Origin: Vulcanimicrobiota bacterium
GTDB lineage: Bacteria; Vulcanimicrobiota; Vulcanimicrobiia; Vulcanimicrobiales; Vulcanimicrobiaceae
Assembly (NCBI GenBank): GCA_963812155.1
Contig: CAWETW010000003.1
Location: forward strand, 256,001 to 320,000
Length of the DNA stretch: 64,000 nt
Reading direction: 5' to 3'
Shown here: one piece after another, positions 58,309 through 64,000 of the stretch
Layout of the letters: each line of letters opens with the position of its first letter
Numbering within the stretch: position 1 is the first letter of the stretch
Notes under the pieces: model-generated
The model's database searches: none
What the model was told of the DNA's origin: nothing
Seen by the model: the letters and a program-made list of their open reading frames with translations, nothing else
Position numbers and translations under genes: made by a program

Positions 58309-59755
58309 ATGCTGAGAACGAAGGAAGCGAGCGCCGCGTTCGCGCACCCCTCTCGCGCAATGGAGTTGCGGCGCTCGTTGGGCTTCCTCGACGTCACGCT
58401 GTTTTTCGTCGTCGCCGGATCGAACTTACAGTGGGTCGCGACGGCCGCGGCCGCGGGACCCGTCGTCGCTAGTCGTTTGGGTGCTCGGCTGCTTGGCGAT
58501 GTTCGCACCGCTCTCGATCTGCGTCGTCTATCTCACGTCGCGTCATCCCGACGAGGGCGGCATGTACGTGTGGGCCAAACGCGCTTTCGGTCCGTTCGCG
58601 GGATTCTTCACCGGCTGGACGTACTGGGCGTCCAACCTTCCCTATTTTCCGGCGTTGCTCTATTTTGCGGCAGGCAATGCGCTCTTCGTGATGGGCAACA
58701 ACGGCGGCGGCGCGCTCTCGACGTCGCCCTGGTATTTTATCGCGGTCGCGCTCGCCGGGCTGACGATTGCGACGCTGCTCAACGTCTTCGGCCTCGACGT
58801 CGGCAAGTGGTTGAACAACGCGGGCGCGATTAGCCGCTGGACGGTCACGCTGCTGTTGCTCGGCGTTGGATTGCTCGCATGGTGGAAGTTCGGTCCGGCG
58901 ACGCCGATTGCACCTGCGACGATGCATCCGGGATTCGCATTGAAGGACGTGATCTTTTGGTCGGTGATCGCGTTTGCGTGGACGGGCCCCGAGGCGATCT
59001 CGTTCATGGGCGGCGAGGTCCGCAACCCGCGCCGTTCGATTCCCTACGGTCTTGCGCTGGCGGCGCCCGCGATTGCCATCATCTACGTGCTGGGAACTGC
59101 GGCGGTGCTCGCCGCTCTGCCGTCGCACGACGTCAATCCGTCGTCGGGCGTGATGCAGGCGATTGCGGCCGTTGCCGCGCGCGTCGGATGGACGGTCATC
59201 ACGCCGGTCGCCGCGATTCTCGTGGCGGTGAGTTGTCTGGGCAGTTGCGGCGCGTGGCTCGGCGCGGTGGCGCGCATCCCGTTCGTCGCCGGTATCGACC
59301 GCTATTTACCGCCCGTCTTCGGACGGATGCATCCACGCTACGGTTCGCCGGTCGCGGCATTGCTCACGCAATCCGGAATCGCCGCAATCTTCATCTTTTT
59401 CGGACAAGGCGGCAGCACGGTGAAAGGCGCGTACGAAATACTCGTCAGCTCGACGGTGCTGATCACGATGTTGCCGTTTTTGCTGCTGTTTGCATCCGCG
59501 ATAAAGCTCGATGCAGAGCCGGCTCCCCCCGGCGCGGTTGCGATACCGGGCGGACGGCTAACGATCGTCGTGGTCGCCGTCATCGGATTCCTCACGACGC
59601 TTGCCGCTGCGGTGCTCGCGCTCTTTCCGTCCGACGACGATCCGAACAAAATGCTTTCGGTTCTGAAAGTGCTTGGCCTGACCGCGCTCATGGTCGGCGC
59701 CGGCGTCGCGATCTATCTCGCGGGACGGCGTCGCCAATCCGCGCAGCCGGAATAA
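58309..59755 (+). CDS. APC family amino acid/polyamine permease, frameshift near 58475
   Basis: LRRSLGFLD, HPDEGGMYVWAKRAFG, FAWTGPE, GGEVRNPRRSIP, HPRYGSP. Confidence 0.85.
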
Positions 59756-59788
59756 GAAAGAGCTCCGGCGTTTCCGCCGCAGCTCTTC
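59756..59788. terminator. Probable bidirectional intrinsic terminator
   Basis: Minus strand GAAGAGCT-GC-GGCG GAAA CGCC-GG-AGCTCTTT-CTT, between convergent genes. Confidence 0.7.
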
Positions 59789-59905
59789 AAACATAAGGAA
59801 GGCCTTGATTTTATTCCAAATCGAGGAAGCGACGGCCGAAGTTTGCTACGGCAAATGAGGCCCGAGCTGACGAAGAGTTGGGATAAATCCGGCCTTCCTC
59901 GATTT

Positions 59906-60307
59906 CTAGTGGCTGGGGGCGACCCATAGTGACGAGTCGGCCCACTTGACCTTCGTCGGAATGCATCGTGTCGTTTGCGCGCCGGCGTACGTTACGTCGT
60001 TATAGAGATCGAAGTGGTGCTGGATCTCCGTTCCCGGCGCAAAGCTGCCGTAGTCGGTGACGGTGCGCACGAAATTCTGCGCAGCGTTGCGATAGCCGAC
60101 GAGGAAGGTAATCTGGCTCGCATTCTTCTTACCATAGATAATGTAGTCGATCTGCGTTCCGCCGGCGTTCTTGCTGAGCGGCTTCGGGTGAATGATGAAA
60201 CACTGCTTGACAAGGACTGGCGCGGAGGCTTGCGCGGGCGCATGCGACGCCAGCACGACCGACGCGCAAAACGCGACCGCGAGGGTGAGACGAGCGAGAA
60301 GCTTCAT
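59906..60307 (-). CDS. Hypothetical secreted protein (two Cys in the mature part)
   Basis: AAAGGA upstream; signal peptide ending AQA; V.D.GSFAPG..I.H.F. Confidence 0.7.
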   Translation of the reverse strand: MKLLARLTLAVAFCASVVLASHAPAQASAPVLVKQCFIIHPKPLSKNAGGTQIDYIIYGKKNASQITFLVGYRNAAQNFVRTVTDYGSFAPGTEIQHHFDLYNDVTYAGAQTTRCIPTKVKWADSSLWVAPSH

Positions 60308-60467
60308 TGCTGCGAAGGATTCCTTTCAGAAAATAGTGCTTCGGTGCGCCCTTGCGGCGCCCCAATGGCCCCTTTCGTTCCACATGCGGGCGCCCGCTTC
60401 CGTCACCGAGCGATCGGGAGCATGCCCGACGGTACCGGGCGGAGGGCCGTAGAAGGCTCCCGGCTCT

Positions 60468-62138
60468 ATGTCATTCGTCTATAGCATGTATCGCGTCGGC
60501 AAGGTCGTGCCGCCGAAACGCCAGATCATTAAAGATATCTCGCTGAGCTTTTTGCCCGGAGCGAAGATCGGGATACTGGGACTCAACGGGGCCGGGAAGT
60601 CGACCGTGCTGCGGATCATGGCGGGCGTCGACACCGACATCGACGGTGAAGCCAAAGCGATGCCCGGCATTTCGATCGGTTACTTGGAGCAAGAGCCCAT
60701 CCTCGACGGCGCCATAACCGTGCGCGAAACCGTCGAAGAGGGATTGGCGCATCTCATTTCCGCGCGCCGCCGTCTCGACGAGGTCTTCGCCGCGTACGGT
60801 GAGGCGGACGCCGATTTCGAAGCGCTTGCCGACGAACAGGCGCGCTTGGAAGCGGTGCTCTTCGCCGAAGGCGGCGATGACGTCGAGCAGCAACTCGAGA
60901 TCGCCGCCGACGCGCTGCGCCTTCCGCCGTGGGATGCGACGGTCGAAACGCTCTCGGGCGGCGAGAAGCGCCGCGTGGCGCTTTGCCGGCTGCTGCTGTC
61001 GAAGCCCGACATGTTGCTGCTCGACGAACCGACGAACCATCTCGATGCCGAGAGCGTCGAGTGGCTCGAGCAGTTTCTCCTGCGCTTTCCGGGTACTGTC
61101 GTCGCGGTCACGCACGACCGCTACTTTCTCGACAATGCGGCGCAGTGGATTCTCGAACTCGATCGCGGTCACGGCATTCCTTGGAAGGGCAACTACAGTT
61201 CGTGGCTCGAGCAAAAAGAAGCGCGACTGACGGCCGAGGAAGCGTCGGAAACGGCGCGCCGTAAGGCGTTGAAGCGCGAACTCGAATGGGTGCGGTCGGG
61301 CGCGAAGGGCCGCCATTCCAAGAACAAGAGCCGCATCGCGCGCTTCGAAGAGCTGTCGAGTTACGAATATCAGCGGCGCAACGAGACGCGCGAGATTTTC
61401 ATCCCGGTCGCCGAACGGCTCGGCGATCGCGTCATCGAGTTCGACGGCGTTGCAAAAGGGTTCGGCGACCGTCTGCTGATGGACGACGTCGGCTTTGCGA
61501 TTCCCGCGGGCGCGATCGTCGGCATCATCGGCCCCAACGGCGCGGGCAAGTCGACGCTCTTTCGCATGATTGCCGGTCGCGAATCTCCCGATGCCGGCGT
61601 CATAACGGTCGGACCGACCGTAAAACTCGGCTTCGTCGAGCAGAGCCGCGAATCGCTCGAGAACGACAAGACGGTCTTCGAAGCGGTCGGCGGCGGTCTC
61701 GACACGGTCGCCGTCGGAAAGTTCGAAATGCCGGCACGCGCCTATCTCGGACGCTTCAACTTCAAAGGCGGCGATCAGCAGAAAATCGTCGGAACGCTCT
61801 CGGGCGGCGAACGCGCGCGGCTGCACCTCGCCAAGACGCTGCTAAGTGGCGCAAACGTGCTGTTGCTCGACGAACCGTCGAACGATCTCGACGTCGAAAC
61901 GTTGCGCGCGCTCGAAGATGCACTGAGCGAGTTTGCCGGTACGGTGCTGGTCGTCAGCCACGACCGCTGGTTCCTCGACCGCATCGCGACGCATATCCTG
62001 GCGTTCGAAGGCGATTCGCGCGTGCATTTTTTCGAAGGCAACTACCAGGAGTACGAGATCGACAAACGCGCGCGTCTCGGCGAAGAAGCCGCGCGTCCGC
62101 ATCGCATTCGCTACCGGCCGCTGACGCGCGCATCCTAA
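60468..62138 (+). CDS. ettA: Energy-dependent translational throttle protein EttA (ABC-F)
   Basis: YSM.RV.KVVPPKRQI, GLNGAGKS, LSGGEKRRVALCRLL, IPWKGNYSSWLEQK, LDEPSNDLD. Confidence 0.95.
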   Translation: MSFVYSMYRVGKVVPPKRQIIKDISLSFLPGAKIGILGLNGAGKSTVLRIMAGVDTDIDGEAKAMPGISIGYLEQEPILDGAITVRETVEEGLAHLISARRRLDEVFAAYGEADADFEALADEQARLEAVLFAEGGDDVEQQLEIAADALRLPPWDATVETLSGGEKRRVALCRLLLSKPDMLLLDEPTNHLDAESVEWLEQFLLRFPGTVVAVTHDRYFLDNAAQWILELDRGHGIPWKGNYSSWLEQKEARLTAEEASETARRKALKRELEWVRSGAKGRHSKNKSRIARFEELSSYEYQRRNETREIFIPVAERLGDRVIEFDGVAKGFGDRLLMDDVGFAIPAGAIVGIIGPNGAGKSTLFRMIAGRESPDAGVITVGPTVKLGFVEQSRESLENDKTVFEAVGGGLDTVAVGKFEMPARAYLGRFNFKGGDQQKIVGTLSGGERARLHLAKTLLSGANVLLLDEPSNDLDVETLRALEDALSEFAGTVLVVSHDRWFLDRIATHILAFEGDSRVHFFEGNYQEYEIDKRARLGEEAARPHRIRYRPLTRAS

Positions 62139-63658
62139 CGGCGCGCCGGCTCGCCGCCCTTCATGTCGGAAACTCCGGCGAGGGCGATCGCCGCGGTGAG
62201 CGCCGAAGCGGCGGCCAACAGCGCGCACGCGAACGCGGCGACGCGGAATCCATCGACGTACGCGGCGTGCACGACGATGGTCTCCCGGTTATCCTGGAAT
62301 CGAGCGGCCGCCATTGCGCTGCGTTGCGCGCCCACGTCGGAGCGTTGAGCTACTGAGAAATTTGCCGCGTGCATGCGTGCGTCGAGACGCGCGTCGAACG
62401 CGGCCGCTAGAACGGCTCCCAACACCGCAATTGCCAACAATCCGGCGATGCGGGAGATGGCGTTGTTGATTCCCGACGCGAGCCCGACGTTATGCTCGGG
62501 CACCGAGTCGATGAGCGTCGCGACGAGGGGGGCGACGGTCAAGCCCATGCCGCAGCCGATCAGCAAGACGGCGGGCAGCACGCCGCGCCAGTAGTGTAAG
62601 TCGGGAAGGAATGCAAACGCCGCAAATCCCAGCGCGGCAAGTGACGGCCCGGTGACGAGCAGGTCGCGGCGCCCGACACGATAGACGAGCGCGCCCGAGA
62701 AACGCGAGAGCACGACGATCAACGCCAGGAACGGCAGCATCGCGAGTCCGGTGAACGTCGCACTGTAGCCGTTGACTTGGATCATCAAGAACGGCAAGAA
62801 GTAGAAGAGTCCGCCTAACGCACCGTAGAGCAGAAACGTCATCACGTTGATTCCGGTGAACGCTCGATCGGCGAAGAGATGGAAGGGAAGGACCGGATTG
62901 GCGATGCGCCGTTCGACGTAGACGAACGCCGCGAGCAGGACGACGCCGCCGCCGAGCGCGCCGCCGGTGCTCGCGTTCCAACCTTCGAGTCCGCTGGCGA
63001 CGAACGCGTACACGATTGCGCCGAGCGCGGCCGTGACGAGCAGCGATCCGGCGAGGTCGAGCGTTCCGCTCGCGGATTCGTCGCGGCTTTCCCGCAGATG
63101 GCGCAACGAGATCGCCACGATCGCAATCGCAATCGGCACGTTGACGTAGAAGACCCAGCGCCAGCCGAAATGGTCGACGATCGTTCCGCCGGCAACGGGA
63201 CCAATCGCTCCGGCCACGGCCGTTAATCCCGACCACATGCCGATCGCCCGCCCGCGCGCCGCGCCTTCGAACGACGCGCCGATGAGCGCGAGGCTTGCCG
63301 GAGCCAGCATCGTGCCGCCCGCACCTTGCAGCACGCGCGCCGCGATGAGCGCCGGCATCGAAGGCGCCAACCCGCAGACCACCGATCCGATCGCAAAAAC
63401 GACGACGCCCCAAATAAACAGCCGTTTGCGGCCGTAGCGATCGCCGAGTGCGCCGGAAAGAAGCATCAGCGCCCCGAGCACGAGCGTGTAGCCTTCGACC
63501 ACCCATTGCGCCGCAAATGCGCTCGCGCGAAAATTCGTTTGAATCACCGGAAGCGCGACGGCGACGATCGTCGAGTCGATGAAGACCAGGCTCGAGCCGA
63601 GCACGGTCGCGGCGACGATCCATTTTCCCGACGCCGTTCCGGCCGTCTGCGGCTGCAT
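62135..63658 (-). CDS. MFS transporter (DHA2 family)
   Basis: FIDSTIV.VALP.I, GALGDRYGRKR, ARVLQG.GG, WRWVFYVNVP, GLASGINN. Confidence 0.88.
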   Translation of the reverse strand: MQPQTAGTASGKWIVAATVLGSSLVFIDSTIVAVALPVIQTNFRASAFAAQWVVEGYTLVLGALMLLSGALGDRYGRKRLFIWGVVVFAIGSVVCGLAPSMPALIAARVLQGAGGTMLAPASLALIGASFEGAARGRAIGMWSGLTAVAGAIGPVAGGTIVDHFGWRWVFYVNVPIAIAIVAISLRHLRESRDESASGTLDLAGSLLVTAALGAIVYAFVASGLEGWNASTGGALGGGVVLLAAFVYVERRIANPVLPFHLFADRAFTGINVMTFLLYGALGGLFYFLPFLMIQVNGYSATFTGLAMLPFLALIVVLSRFSGALVYRVGRRDLLVTGPSLAALGFAAFAFLPDLHYWRGVLPAVLLIGCGMGLTVAPLVATLIDSVPEHNVGLASGINNAISRIAGLLAIAVLGAVLAAAFDARLDARMHAANFSVAQRSDVGAQRSAMAAARFQDNRETIVVHAAYVDGFRVAAFACALLAAASALTAAIALAGVSDMKGGEPARR

Positions 63659-63691
63659 AGGCGTGGCTTTTTGCACGACGAACGCCGCTTC

Positions 63692-64000
63692 ATGCCGCCG
63701 CTGACGCGCCGCGAGCTCATTCGAACCGGTATCGCGGGCGGCGCCCTGCTCGCGCTGGCCGCCTGCACTCGTTCGAACGCACCGGGCGCGTTCGTCGACG
63801 ATGCCTACCGCTACCGCGCGCTCTCGCCGGCCGATCGCGAGCTGATCGCGGCCGTAGGGGCCGTGATGCTCGCAGGCGCGTTGCCGCGCGGCGCGGCGAA
63901 CGGCGAGGCGCTCGTGCAGGTGGTGCGCGGCGTCGACGTGGCGGTTTCCGCGCTCACGCCGCGCATCGTGGCCGAAGTGCACCAACTCTTCGGATTGCTG
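63692..64000 (+). CDS. Twin-arginine signal protein, partial (runs off the window)
   Basis: MPPLTRRELIRTGIAGGALLALAAC...; open to the window end. Confidence 0.65.
   Translation, partial: MPPLTRRELIRTGIAGGALLALAACTRSNAPGAFVDDAYRYRALSPADRELIAAVGAVMLAGALPRGAANGEALVQVVRGVDVAVSALTPRIVAEVHQLFGLL

Noticed and set aside
59830..59880. CTGACGA as a hammerhead core, or GGCAAATGAGGCCCG...GCTGACGA as a fluoride riboswitch
   Set aside because: The GAAA/UH elements and the required stems or pseudoknot are not present in the right order.

Overview
A 64-kb, high-GC bacterial chromosomal window. The many lipobox-bearing secreted beta-propeller (GloVer-repeat) and phosphoesterase paralogs, plus TamB, suggest a diderm soil organism such as Eremiobacterota/Vulcanimicrobiota; this is an inference. 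Recognisable core genes are patA and gabT (amine catabolism, divergent from a PucR-family regulator and a flavin amine oxidase), selB, selC (tRNA-Sec), clpB, typA, tamB and ettA. Several conserved genes carry clustered single-base frameshifts, most likely uncorrected read errors. No integrase, transposase, prophage or CRISPR array was seen. Most notable: (1) a three-part module of an AfsR/SARP-STAND regulator, a 65-aa protein and a secreted S53 protease, with a symmetric four-box 11-bp-period operator (CGTCTC-N5-CGTCTC-N5-GAGACG-N5-GAGACG) between the protease and small-protein genes; (2) one polypeptide fusing an SGNH/DltD-like domain, an AlgI/DltB-type MBOAT and the C-terminal FIYFKF tyrosine motif; (3) a BlaI-M56 system whose sensor region is a 29-aa repeat shared with the next secreted protein; (4) REP-like repeats that supply the stop codons of selB, clpB and typA; (5) several candidate structured RNAs and small Cys/His-rich proteins.
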